Of a DNA stretch of 64,000 nucleotides, positions 51,627 through 63,569 are shown piece after piece. This stretch comes from Anthoceros angustus. Taxonomy: Eukaryota > Plantae > Anthocerotophyta. Below the pieces are notes generated by a model. That model saw only the letters and a program-made list of their open reading frames with translations. It ran no database searches and had not been told where the DNA came from. The DNA lies in assembly GCA_010909165.1 (NCBI GenBank), contig MU008210.1, positions 258,819 to 322,818 on the forward strand. Reading direction: 5' to 3'. A program made the position numbers and the translations under genes. Position 1 is the stretch's first letter. Each line of letters begins with the position of its first letter.

Positions 51627-53741
51627 GAGGCGGCTCGGCCGAGCAACACCACAAGCCCGGAGGCTCGGAAGCGGGCGCAGGGAGGTCGGGTCGCGCAATT
51701 TAAGACCGGTCGACCATTACCGACTGGATCGGAATCGGTGGAGGGAGACGGGGTGAGCGGCCACGGCTAACCTGAAGGCTGAGGCGAGGTGGCAAGGGCC
51801 GAGTTGCCACGGACCCTAAGACCACCGAAGGAGATGGCGAGCTCTTGAGTGCCGTATGTAATGGAGGAGCGAGGGCCTTAGGGCGTAGAAAGAAGCCGCC
51901 GGGTCCAGCTTGAGGAAGGCTAAGAGGGGAGCGCCGCGCTCATGGCAAGTAAGTCGGTGAGGTGCGGAAGGCGAGGGGCTGAGCAAAGTGAGCAGTGAGC
52001 GGGCGTTTGCAAGTGAAGTGACGAGGGGCTTGGCCAGTGGCCTCACGAGATTCCGCCCACGCTCCAACGCAGATAATCCGCGATGGAGATGCAGCCGTCC
52101 AAGTCGAGGCGGCCACGCCCACCGCTTTGAAGACACTCCCAGCTCGGGCGGAAGGGAGATTCGGTGCTTTCCCGGGCAGCATGTGGAAGAGGCAATCCAA
52201 CAAGTCGAATCAGTACTTTGCCTACTACCATGCCGAAGACTCCTCAAGGCTTTGAGGCCCCGCGCCAACCGCTTTCACTAATTGATGGACCTCCGAATGG
52301 ATCAGAAGGTGGGGGCGGAGAAGAAGGGCCCGGGGATAGCACCGGGGCCTTGGTGGCGTTGTTCGGGACGACGGGCAAGCAGTGGGGGAGAGCCCCTGTG
52401 AGGAGCGCAGTAACACGGCCCACTGGTAGGCATAGCAGGGCATGAGGTGGCCCGATGAACACCCTCCGGGGAGGGAAGGGACGAGGGCCCCGAAAGGGGT
52501 GGAGAGGGAGAGGACCAGCGGGACCCAAGCCAAGAGGGGGGTCCGGTGAGTGGGAATGGACCCCGTGGTCGAGAGGGTCAAGGAGTCGTGAGTCCGGACT
52601 TGAGGTCCGTAGACTTTAATAAGGTCGGTTGACCCCAAGGTCCGAACCCGACGATTGGTGAGGCCGACCACGAGGTCTCAACTCTAGAAATAAGGTCAAA
52701 TTCCCGAGTGATCTCGGACTCCTGGGTCGAGACCGGACCCCCAGGTCCGGACTTCGTGAGGAGAGGGGGGAGTCTGCACCACCGACTTGCTCAGCGCGGG
52801 CGCTCAGGCGATCTGGGTGGACCATGCCAGGTGTGACCCACCCGGGCTAGGAGAGGAGGATGTGGTGGTTCCTGGTCGGACTGCCCAGAGCCCAACTCGA
52901 CAGGTCTCGGGAAGGGGAAGGGGCCTCCGCTGGATCATCGATTGGGTGCGCTACAACTGCTGTGGTTGAATCATCTCGAGGTGAGCCAAGGGCACTCCCA
53001 GCCCACCGCCATCAACACGGAGATAGAAGCGAAGAGGGGAGAGATAGTAAGCGGCGATTAGGGCACGCCGAAATGGCCACTAGCTCGTAATAGGAGTGTA
53101 ATAAAGACGCCTACCATGAGTATAAGAGGGCCTGAGCTGCTCTAGTAAAGAATCTTTTTCTTGGGGTGGATACTGCGTTCCTTTGTAGACCCTTGTGCGC
53201 CTTTTTTTCTAACGTGAGTCCCGAGTCATGAGTAGGCAATGGCGCCTCAAGAGATTGATGGATCCGGGTGATGGACCCTAACGTGTGGTGGTGTGTAAGG
53301 CGATCAGGACCTGCCTTTTCCAGAGCCGCCCGGTTGGGCGGACCCCTAACGCATGAGCTGGAGGAACCCGGGAGGGGTGGTGTAGAGCCCGGGCGAGAGG
53401 CCCATGAACGACAGGAGGAGGTCCGGACCACTGGCCCACCCACTCTTTCTAAAGAGCGGCGAGTGTACCGAGAGTGGTGAGGAGAACGACCAGACTGGAC
53501 GAGTGAAGGACCGATAGGATACGGACTTAACGAAGTCTCAAACGTTTGCCACACTTTGGGCTGCTGAACGTTAAGAGTAGTTGAGTCGAACTGCGACGCC
53601 GCCGCTTGAGTCCAAAACGGCCATGACGTTGAGGTGAGAATCGTTGAAACGACCCGAGCCTATCATTCTCTTGGGAGCGGACCCTTGCATACAACGACAC
53701 GGATTGTACGCGCTTGGTTGCCGAACGAAAGTCGCGCCACA
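51627..53741 (+). mobile_element. 5'-truncated, diverged copy of LTR B
   Basis: Collinear with 42300-44465; ends GTCGCGCCACA with no PBS after it. Confidence 0.8.
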
Positions 53742-55418
53742 AGAAGCTTGAATGCCGCCGCCACGAGCTGGCCCGCCAAGGTTGCGTCGAGGTACATTGT
53801 ACCCGCAATCGTAAGCCGGTTTCGAGTCTCCTCGTCCGACGGCATGCCCCATGCATCCACCAACCAGCTATGAACCCAGTTAGTGCAGAAAAACAGCAGC
53901 TTGGCAAGCACAAACACAGTCCATAAAATCTTTGCTCTAACTACCCTTCTTTTGCTCAAGCCAACAGATGCACAAGAGGACTACATCAACACAACATCCA
54001 GGATGACTCCCGCAATCATGACAGCCACCCCACGCAGCACCACCCAAGCTTGCGCCGTCCAACCCTAGGTCCGCTTCGTATCACTCCACAGAATCCAAGT
54101 GATCACCTAGCCTGCAACAAATCAGATGTTAGAAGTGAATTTGTTAGACCTCGAGGTTGCATCCCCCAAGGTCGTGCGAGTTAGCTCTTGGCAAGCCTTA
54201 TCAATGATACAAGAGTTGCCCAGGTTGTCGTTTGAGTTGCAGTAAGTGCATAGCAATCAGCGGCCATCCATGCTCACAAACTTCAATCAATCCCACACCA
54301 TGCACTCAAAGAATTCACACCGATTGAATCTGAATTGACAGCTGCTGCGCGAGCAACTTCTCATCGAGCTCGAACGCTCACCGCCTTTGCTATGACTTAA
54401 CAACCGACTTAAGGTCAAGGCTTGCACTTAGTCGCTGGTTCTCTCTGGTGGTTACTCATTCTTCCGCTTGCCTACGCGGGGATGGCCGTCCTTCCACATA
54501 CAATGCTCACAAATACGCCTCGAGGGACTTGTGTTGATCCGCCCGCACGCCACGATTCAGCCTGGGAAGCTCCCCTGACAACCCCGCCAGTGAAGCACCA
54601 GCTAACATTCCTCCTAGGATAGATGAAAAGGTGGTCATGGAGGCCACAGGAAACCAGATGGTAATGCACTCCGGGGATGCAGAGAAGGCATTCACCCCAC
54701 CACGATCGAGGAAGAATCGGGACTGAGGTCAAATTTTAAGAAGGCTTGGAAAATTCATAGAAGGAGAAGGCATCGAATCTAAGCAATGGGGAGGAAGGAT
54801 CTTTGAAAACGCTCTATGGTAGGTATGGAGAAATCAAACAACAGGCAAAAGAGCAACAAAGATCTTGACCCAGGAAGCCTTCTTCAAAATGGGGAAGAGA
54901 GGAGAGCAGCATTGAGGGAAGGGACCAACCTACCATGGTAGGTGGTCAGCCTACCTAGGTAGGTTGCCAACATACCGTGGTAGGTTGAACTTTGTAGGGG
55001 CGCGGCCAGCACCGGAAGCCAGTGAAGCCGGGCCGCTGAGAAGGAGGAAGAGGCGCAAACAACAAGGGAACAAGGGGAAACGGAGCGCCACCCCCGCGGA
55101 GAAGGAAGAGGGGGCAAGAAAGATCCTTGCCCCAAAAGTCAGGAGGAGTTAGAGGCTGGGGAGGAGCCAGCAGCAAAAAGGGGATGAGAAGACCAACCAG
55201 AAAGGAACCCGTCACCATCCCAGTAGCATAAGGATCAAATTGGTCAATGACCATAAATGTGCTTTGGGGCATGGGAAGGATAGGTGGTGTAGACTGAAGT
55301 TATTTAAAGGTTGTCATAGGTGAAATTGCTCGAATAGAACTTACCTAGGATCAGACAGTAGACTTAGATGCCAAGACTTAAATACTGGCAATAGGAAATA
55401 ATAAAATATTGGGAAAGG

Positions 55419-57220
55419 TGGCCTGCAGCAGGCATACCCAAGGGAGTTTGTATGTGGAGGTCCTCCTATAAGAGGAGGAGGATTTCACAAAGTAAAGTAT
55501 CACGTCTTGCACTTCCATACTCGCGAGTCCCTTGCTCCTTGTAAAGGGATTTTGTGCCGGCTGTAAGCCAACGCAGTGTCCGGTAGAGAGGAAGTTTGCG
55601 GTGGTTGGAGTGCTTGGTAGAGGGCTTGCTCCCTGTGAGCGCCTCGACGAGTTGCTCCCCTTGTGAATGGTTGCTGTGAAATTGCTTTACTTTGGGTGTG
55701 TGGCGATGCCCAAGGAACTCTCGGCTTGAGGGTAGACTACAGGGAAAGACTCCCTAGAGGTTCTCGCCGTCTGGTGTCAAACTCATAGCAACCGGCCCAA
55801 GGAAGAACTTGTTGGCTTGTAGGCAGACCCCAGGCAGTTGTGCCGTAAGGGCGGGCCGGGGCCAGTGAGCTTGAAGTGAAGTTAGATTAGGAGGAGGATG
55901 ATGAGTGGAATGATGAGTAGAGGATTAGAGTGCAGGCAATAGTGGAGGGCCACAAGCAGAGCCTAAGGGACGAATCCCAAATATGTAACAAGAGGGTGCT
56001 CAAATTGTTGGAGGAGTTAGTCTTAGAGGTGGGTACGAAATCACGGCTTGGGTCAGGGGGTCCCTAGGCGCCCGTGGTGGACTCCTTTCCGCTGAGGCAT
56101 GGCCTACAGTTTTGTGGTGTCGTTGTAGGTCGGGAGTTCGTGAATTTTTGGAGCAGTGCAAGTGGTGCAGCTGTTGTAGAGGGAGAGTTAGAGGGCGCCT
56201 TGCTTGTTGAGGGGGCTGAGGTTGTGAATGGGTGAAGGCAACAAGTGATCTCGCAGAATCCGGATGTTCACACAAGTCTCATGGGACGAAACCCAACGTA
56301 CGAAGCGACAGTGGGATAAGTGTGGCCAATAGAGGGTGAATCTCGGAAGCCCCGGGGTTTTCCTCCCAAGTTTTTGGTGCCGTTTCCGGGGATTTGTTGG
56401 TTGGATAGTCGTGTTTTTGAGGGGGACTTTTTGCCTGAACAATCGTGTCTTGAGGGAGATTTGTTGCTCAGACAATTATGCGTTACTGAGCAAGCCTTGC
56501 ATATTGATGGTGCATGTGTTGACGAAGATCTAGTGTCTTGATAAGCATGCATTGTGAAAGGGAGCTCAACGCCTTGCTGATTGTGTGATTCTTGGTGATT
56601 TTGCGCGTTGAGAAAGACACGTGCAGGCGGTTGCTTGGTTTTGACAACCGTGTGTTGAAAGGGCATAAGTGTGCTTGCAGATGTCTAGTTGGGGGAGGGG
56701 AGGAAGTAATTTTCGTGCAGGAGTTGAGAGGAGATCGCCCCCGCCTTTGTCTACAAGGGATTTGTGAGTTGAACGGAGAAATCATGTGTGTGAAGAAAGC
56801 TTTATTGCTGATGCACAATGTGCAAAGGAAGAAGCTAAAAAGAGAGCTCTTGCGGAGGAAGCTACATGTGCTAATATCTTCAAGGATTCCGTTGAGGAAG
56901 AAGAGGTAGTTGTCTAAGAGCAGGAGGACGTTGTGCATGCTCATGGCTAGCAAGACGAAGGAGGTTGTTGTCGAGGAGTTGCTGATCAAGGGTGAGGGCC
57001 AAGAATCCGAGCCAGCGGTTAGCAATTTCCAAGGTACATCTTCCGTTCCTGCAAGAGGAGGACTTTTTCGGAGTGGATTGTTGAGCTCTTCTAGCTCGAG
57101 TTTGTTGTTGTCAGAGGAGGAAGGCAAGAGGGTGAGATTGGGCAGTGGAGAAGTTGGGGTACGAGATCTAACGGCTGATCTTTTGCAAGGTCTTGATCGA
57201 ATTACTACACGATTTGCTGC
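55419..57220 (+). mobile_element. Family-A LTR (ending ~56369), tRNA-Asp-type PBS (56375-56393) and 5' internal region
   Basis: TGGTGCCGTTTCCGGGGAT has 2 mismatches to the Asp PBS; internal homology to 46130-46620 stops at ~57220; 5' LTR start uncertain. Confidence 0.75.
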
Positions 57221-57710
57221 TGTCATGACACCCTAGTGTTGTGTTGATTGAGTGTTTATGTGTGGTCAGGTATGTATGAGTCTGGCATGTATGCCCACAT
57301 GTGGGCATACATGCATGTGTGAGGAAGACCTATGATGGGTATACATGCAATGATATGCATGTGTTTGTGTGAGGCATAAGGGTGATCACAGGTCACGTAT
57401 GGGCAACGAGCATTAAGGCCAAGACAGGCCGCAGCTGATGGAGTTATTGTGTTTGTCAATCCACGAAGCAGCGCCGCAGTTAGGAGAGTGTTAAGGCACG
57501 CCAAAATGGCCCTGATTCGAAGAGAGTGCGCCAAGCGCAGGTAGTATAAAAATGGCAAGCAATCCATACAGCAGGCGATGTTTCATAGGAGCAAACATCT
57601 GGATTCCAAGGTAGTGGGGTTTTCTTTTCACCATAGGAGCTCTTGGGAAAGATGGACAGACGGGTTTTGGTTTTTGCCTAGCGTCCAAGTGGGAATGATT
57701 TTGCACATCA
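57221..57710 (+). mobile_element. Putative 5' LTR of a nested gypsy element (the DNMT carrier)
   Basis: Starts TGTCATGACACCC where family-A homology breaks; TATAAAAA at ~57545; 3' end and PBS not confidently identified. Confidence 0.45.
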
Positions 57711-58068
57711 GCAATCCCTTGAGCTTGGTCTGGTAGCTGCGTGCATTAAAGGGCCGCTGGTGAGCCGGGCGGAATGCTGTGAGAAGAACCCAAGGACGCC
57801 GCGGAAGGACGGTGATACACTACAGATAAGTCGATGGTGGATTTTGATGAGGGTGCTGTAGATTATTCCATGTTGTTTTATGCGGGCCGATCCATTCTGT
57901 ACTTAGCTCCTTTAGCGGAACTAGAACCCGCTTACTTGTGGCAGAGGCTGTGGGATGAAGTGATTGACAAACTGTCATGGCTAGCGGACTGGATGGAAGA
58001 AGGAACCAACACCAACTTTGATGGAATGCCGTACATAGTCTCTCGCAGGGGAAGAGATTAAAAAGGTA

Positions 58069-59341
58069 ATGGTACTTTTGCGCTCTGGGTGGACAAACGA
58101 GAGCACTCCTATTCAGGAAGCTCGTAGCCCTATCACCCAATATCCCTTAGTCCACAGGCTAAGTGGTCAGTCTGAGTGGAAGCAAAGTCCCATCCGTTCC
58201 ATAGCATTTGAAGAAAATTGTGCTGGAGTCAGAATGGAATATGAGATAGTGCCCAGTAAGAATGATGTGTTCATCGGCAGACATGACAGCATGTCGCTTG
58301 TTGACTGTGAGGAAAAGTTCAGGTGGGCAATTGATGAGATGGTGCTCAAGTACAAGTTCGAATTCACACCCAAAATGGCGTTGAGAAAGATGAGCACATT
58401 TCTTGCAGGAGAGGCACTGACTTGTTACCGTGACTGCAAGGATCAAATCTTGCAGGATGCGCGGACTTTGGCAAGGACAAGAAGGGTCAAGAAGACTTCG
58501 AAGGTAGATGAAGAGGAGGAGGCGTCCAGTTCCACACAGACTGATATCATTACGTATCTGGTGGATGAGATGTTCACCAAGTTCGCGGAAATGTTTCCAG
58601 TATCTTCCATAGAAAAGATTCAAGAGCTGTCAAAGTTCACCATCAAGCCCAACGAACCTCTCAGGTCCGCCTATTTGAGGTTGAGGCAACTGGTGAAAGA
58701 TACGCGAGTAAAGACGATGTGGGAAGCCGCCCAGATCTACATAGCCGCTCTTCCAGGCAGGCAAAGGAGGGTGATTGCTAACTTTCTGCACATGATGCAC
58801 GGTGTCGACTATGAGTTGGAGCAAGCCTACGAGATGGCCGAAAGGGTCATAAAAGTTGATGCGGTGACCAGTGCCTACTGGGAAGAACACAATTTGGTCA
58901 GAGGGCATCAGCATGCCTCGAACAACCCGAGGTTTCAAGGAAGATCTATGCACCGTGAGCATGCTCAGGTGAACACGTTGCGGAGGAACTCACCAGCCAA
59001 GGAACGCACGGCAATAGTGCGGCCACTACCAAGGCAACGGTGAAGTGTCTATGGTGTAGGGGGCCGCACAAGACCTTCGAGTGTGAATATCGAATTGGGG
59101 GAACGAAGGAGAAAGCGCGCAAAGGCGTAACCTCGTGCTACTGAGGCATACGGAGGTAGCGTGTTGGCAGGCTCATCCCGAATTGAAGCCAAAAGGGGCT
59201 GGGGAGCGGATGCTTGACAAAGCAAAGTCGACGGTGGGATACACCCGGAAAGCACTTCTCAGTGAGGTGCACAGGCTGCAAGAAAAGTTGACCATGAGTG
59301 TAAGTTCGGCGGGGAGTTCAACTGCTCGACGAGGAATATGA
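58069..59341 (+). pseudogene. Ty3/gypsy gag with zinc knuckles
   Basis: FLAGEALTCY, KFAEMF, KPNEPLRSAYLRLRQL (retrotrans_gag-like); CLWCRGPHKTFEC (CX2CX3HX4C) at 59046 after a frameshift; degenerate second knuckle HTEVACWQAHPELKP. Confidence 0.8.
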
Positions 59342-59729
59342 TTCTGGATCCGTGAGGTGTATCGCTAATGCCGGCCACATGAAAGGTCAACTTAGGAGAA
59401 GTCGACAAGAAAAGGGTCGATGAGAGGAATCGACCAAGATGCACAAGTCTTCGATTGTGAAGAAGAAGACCAGGAGGGATGGGCTCATGAAGAGAAGTCA
59501 CCCAATGCAGAACTTATGCTTGAGAGGGCGATGGATGTGCCGGTAATGAGTCTACGTGATCTGGGAGTCAAAACACAACCTTAAGCAAGCCATGAAAGCT
59601 TGGATGAAGAAGGAATCTGCAGGGAGTGATGTGGTATCTGGATTTGTCAGTCTACGAGGTGACCATTTGAAGCCAGCGGCACGGAGCAAAGGAGGCATCG
59701 CCATGGTCAAAAGTCAGTGAAGTCACGGT

Positions 59730-60060
59730 CAGCACTCCGTTACGTCTTTGGTGGACACAGTGGATCCGTTGCTCGGAACGCAGGTGCACAGAAGGCTCTC
59801 CAGCTATACGGAGACAAGCTCAAGCCATGTGAAGTATGCATCACCACCTTTGTAGGGACCAAGGAACAGGCGATGGGGATAACTTGTGAGCCAGTACGCA
59901 TTGAATTCAAGCCAGGCACTTAAGATGCCTCCGTTGTCGAAGTCCATTGCTTAGTATCTAACGCAAGGAACTATGATGTGTTACTTGGTGCTGATGCCAC
60001 TCACAGCCCAGCAATGGGAGTAGACGTGCTGCACTCAATAGCGTTTTGTAGGCCACGATG
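59730..60060 (+). pseudogene. Retropepsin aspartic protease, frameshifted
   Basis: LVDT(+2 nt)GS at 59748-59768 and NYDVLLGAD at ~59970. Confidence 0.75.
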
Positions 60061-60243
60061 GCAAGACGGGGATTTCACACTTGTGGCCAGGATACCACTT
60101 GATATGAGGCGACCTGCTAAAAAATCAAGTGGCATGGTGGCATTTACGGCCTGTTCGGCTGAAAGCGTGCACAGACAAGAGGTATGGGAAGAAACCCAAG
60201 ACCTAATGCGGGAAGAGATACAGGAGGTGCGCCAAATTGGTGA

Positions 60244-61224
60244 ATGCATGTACATAAGGAAAACTCACATGCTGTTAAAAGCTTTGGCAAGGGAGCGCAT
60301 CCGACGAGATCAGTGGCCAAGTCCATGATCATCAGGATGCAAAAGGCATATCCCGAATTACTAAGCATGGAGGTGGTTAGGGGATGTCAAAGCAGACTGC
60401 CCTCTGACGTCAGGTTGGTAGGGAAACGCCAGCTTGAAGCAATCAGGTGCCCGGTCGATATGTTGCTTACAGGGTGGGAGTGCAAGACATTCTCCAGAGC
60501 TGGGCGCGGGTGTGGTGATGGTGTGGAATTGGCTGCTGAAGTGGTTAAGGTCCTAAGGGAAGTACAGTTGGTCAATCCGGCTTGCTGGTATTTATTGGAG
60601 AATGTGTGCGGAGCGTTCGACAAACGTGAGCATGTTAGAAAGAGCTACAAACAGCTCAGGAGTTGGATGGGAGAGGAGTTCATCATCGATGCTGTACAGG
60701 CCGGTTCATACGCTCACCGTGTGCGAAGTTTCTGGACAAACGTGACCAGCGTGGAAGTGCTTAGGCACCATCGCCAACTGACCATGCCAGAGAAACGATC
60801 TGTGTATGAGATCTTAGAAGAAGGCAAGTGCTCACAACCAGTACGAAAGGTGGATAAACCGCCGCACTTTCCGGTAAACATGGTGGGGAAGCCAAGAAGG
60901 GCATGGCCCACACTTGTAAGAACTGCTCAGTCATATGCTTTTCGGAAGGGCGGTGATGGCATGGTGTTAGATATCGTTGGAAATGAAGTAGGTGAACCTA
61001 CGATAGCAGAGCGCGAACGGGCCATGGGATTTGACAAGGGTACCGATGGAACCATCATGCGGGGCATTTCTGAAACATATTGCTGCAAGCTAGTGTGGCA
61101 AGCGTTTGATCTGACATGTCTGCAGTGGTTGCTGAATGTGGGCTTGGCCACACAAATGGTCATGTGTAAGGCGGAAGGTAGGAATCACTTACTAATGCTT
61201 GAAGAAGGAGAGGAAACAGCATAA
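60244..61224 (+). CDS. Retrotransposon-borne C5-cytosine DNA methyltransferase domain; motif I not recognisable
   Basis: Motif IV GWECKTFSRAG (60472), motif VI YLLENV (60595), motif VIII GSYAHRVRSFWTN (~60705), motif IX EPTIAERERAMGF, motif X-like KLVWQAFDL; non-permuted order; directly downstream of gag-PR. Confidence 0.88.
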   Translation: MHVHKENSHAVKSFGKGAHPTRSVAKSMIIRMQKAYPELLSMEVVRGCQSRLPSDVRLVGKRQLEAIRCPVDMLLTGWECKTFSRAGRGCGDGVELAAEVVKVLREVQLVNPACWYLLENVCGAFDKREHVRKSYKQLRSWMGEEFIIDAVQAGSYAHRVRSFWTNVTSVEVLRHHRQLTMPEKRSVYEILEEGKCSQPVRKVDKPPHFPVNMVGKPRRAWPTLVRTAQSYAFRKGGDGMVLDIVGNEVGEPTIAERERAMGFDKGTDGTIMRGISETYCCKLVWQAFDLTCLQWLLNVGLATQMVMCKAEGRNHLLMLEEGEETA

Positions 61225-61670
61225 TATTTGAAGCGGCTCAATATACAAAGCCGCTTCCCACCGAAAAGAAGCCGCTTCCGGGAAATCTCAACAGTAACCA
61301 AAACTACCATATAAGTGTGTGTCCGCAACGTGTAAGGGGCGAGTGCCTTGGTTGTATGATCGATTACGTGTTTTTAAACGCAATGTAATGGTGGATAAGG
61401 TCCCGGTCGCCGGCATGCCAGCGCCCGAGCAGTGTGGCAAACGGTACTTTAACTAGGACGCGATATGGAGAACCCCAAAATAGCTTTTTTAATGTATTAT
61501 GCAAGAAGGAAAGTAGGGGAGGGCGCCGACATGCCGGCGACTACCCTCAGATTCTAATGTTCCAAACATGTCTATGTCATAAGAGAGCAGGATTGCTGGA
61601 ACCTAAGTATAATGGTCTTCCATGCCGCTTGAGTTTCCGAGGAAATTGTCACACGCTATCCATGACTACT

Positions 61671-62985
61671 TCAAGTCCTTTCACGAAAGCGTGCTCTGTC
61701 CTCAAAGTTGTCAATTTCCTCCATGGCATTGTCTTGAGGCATGGTCATCTCCAGCCATTGGAGTCGTGTTAGCACATACAGCCAAAGGTCTCCGCCCAAC
61801 GCTAGGAGGTCGCCGGACTTCTCCTTCATTCCGTCAAGGCCAAACGCCCCGCGATCGTGACCCATCCTTCTCGGACAAACTAACCTCTTTTGCCCACTGG
61901 TCGGTCCTCGACGATGTGGCTCATGATTCAACTCCTCTGGCCCTGGGAGAACTTCACCATGGATTCTCCGGGGAATGAACTGCGCACCTCTTGTCCACCT
62001 CGATTGCAATGCATTGCGCCAGCAAAGCTGCCAATGTTGTTGACCCTTACCAAAGACAAACATCCAAAATCCACCCTCCTTCGAGAAACTTTTGATGAGC
62101 TTCATCATCAAAGCCAAAGGCCTTTGGTAAGCATTGCACACCGCCTTGTCCAATGATGTGTACAACAACTTCTTCACCATCGTAGGGTGGCCAATGACCG
62201 CCCCCATTATTGAAAGACCCATGGATGTTAGTAGGATCATGGAGATTTTGACCTTTGAGTGTCTGATGTTAACCCCATCCTATGTGATGTACTCCATAGT
62301 GTCATACCCACCCAAGTCGCAGTGCATGTCTTTTGTCCCATACAAAAGACACCAACCTCCTCCCTCGCACCACTTTCGCATGGCCTCCCTCACAACATGC
62401 TGCTCTTCAACACCATGCATCACTATCATTCTCATCTCCGGCATGGTCATGTCATGGAACGAGTGAAATATTTTTCCCAATTGAAAGTGGTCTAACTTCA
62501 CATCATGTTTACCTGTTGAATCCTCTGGTACGTCCATGACCATCGTGGTGTACTTGGCGGACCCTTAGAAACCCCTCATATCCGCCGCATCTCTAGAAAT
62601 GACCGGTACTTGACAATGTCCTCTGCTTTTGGCACGTGAACGATTGAAGCCCTTCCTCCATGTCCATATTCGCTAGCTCTTGCTCATTTTCAAGTCCCTT
62701 CCATGTATGGACCTCGAGAATAAAGGCTTGAAAATCATCGTAATTTCTTCAGGTCCTCAACATCTTTCACTTGCTGCATGGAATGGCAAACGACATGGGT
62801 TAGCGTGAGAGACTGAAGGCAGTAGGCGCCGCAGCCGCGCCTCAATCCTTTCATGTAATGGAAGGAAATATGGTTACCCTGCCCTCAAATGCGGTTTGAA
62901 ATCTTGCAATAACTTCGTCTGAGGAGTGTTGATGGCAATCTCGTTTGCGGTCGTGCATTACGCTATCACCACGAGGCTTCTGTAT
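61671..62985 (-). pseudogene. Beta-class amino-methyltransferase-like gene, paralog 2 (5'-truncated), with a 104-nt intron at 62774-62877
   Basis: Collinear with paralog 1: ARFQTAFEGR|QVKDVEDLKKL, YTTMVMDVP, IVMHG...VREAMR, SFVWDK, YQRPLALMMKLIKSFSKEG-WILDV..G.GSTTLAALL..CIAIEVDKRCAQFI..RI, EELN. Confidence 0.75.
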
Positions 62986-62989
62986 GTTG

Positions 62990-63522
62990 CAAATCCCAGT
63001 TTGCAAGGAAGTTTTTATGGCTTGCTCGCTTAGTGGGAGACTTGGGGATCAAGGTTGAGTTGCTATGCATTGTGATAGTGAGTGCTATCCAATTGGCAAA
63101 GAATCCAGATGTTTCATGCGAAGACTAAACATGTGGATGTGAAGTATCACTCATTCGAGAGGTGTTGGACGACAAGAGGGTGCAACTTGTCAAGGTTCAC
63201 ACTAGCTTGGAACCCTTGCAGATATTCCTCGACCAAGGGACTCTCTACTTTATGCACAAGCTCCTGGACAGATGGGCATGAGGTAGTCCATTCTTCTCTG
63301 AAGGTAAATTGGCCTTTAAGTTGGAGGTTGTAAGGGTATTAAAGCCCAATGTACTTAGACTAATACACTTAGTCTAAGTTAGGTGTCGATATCATTAGTT
63401 TAGTCAAGCTAATCACTAGGAAGCTTCTTGTGCTCCTTCCTAGGGCTTGTGGAGCTTCCTAGGGAGCCTTATTGGAGGGTATAAATACCCTCCAAGCCTC
63501 ATCTCAATGGGAGAGAGTTACA
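62990..63522 (+). mobile_element. Copia RNase H tail, PPT and canonical 3' LTR (63329-63522, TGTAA...TTACA)
   Basis: FHAKTKHVDVKYH; TATAAATA at ~63480; perfect 5-bp inverted termini. Confidence 0.85.
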
Positions 63523-63569
63523 CTTGCCTCCTCCTCTCCTCTCCTCTTTCCACCATCATGTGCTGCCAC

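Noticed and set aside
53742-55410. Gene or LINE fragment in short ORFs between LTR B and LTR A
   Set aside because: No recognisable motif or continuous frame; left unannotated.
57711-57775. PBS for the DNMT-bearing element (TGGTAGCTGCG or TGGTGAGCCG)
   Set aside because: Neither matches a plant tRNA 3' end I can identify well enough, and neither directly follows a CA.
60244-61224. Host DRM/DNMT3/MET1 gene
   Set aside because: No introns, no UBA/PWWP/BAH domains, non-permuted motif order, and embedded directly after gag-protease.
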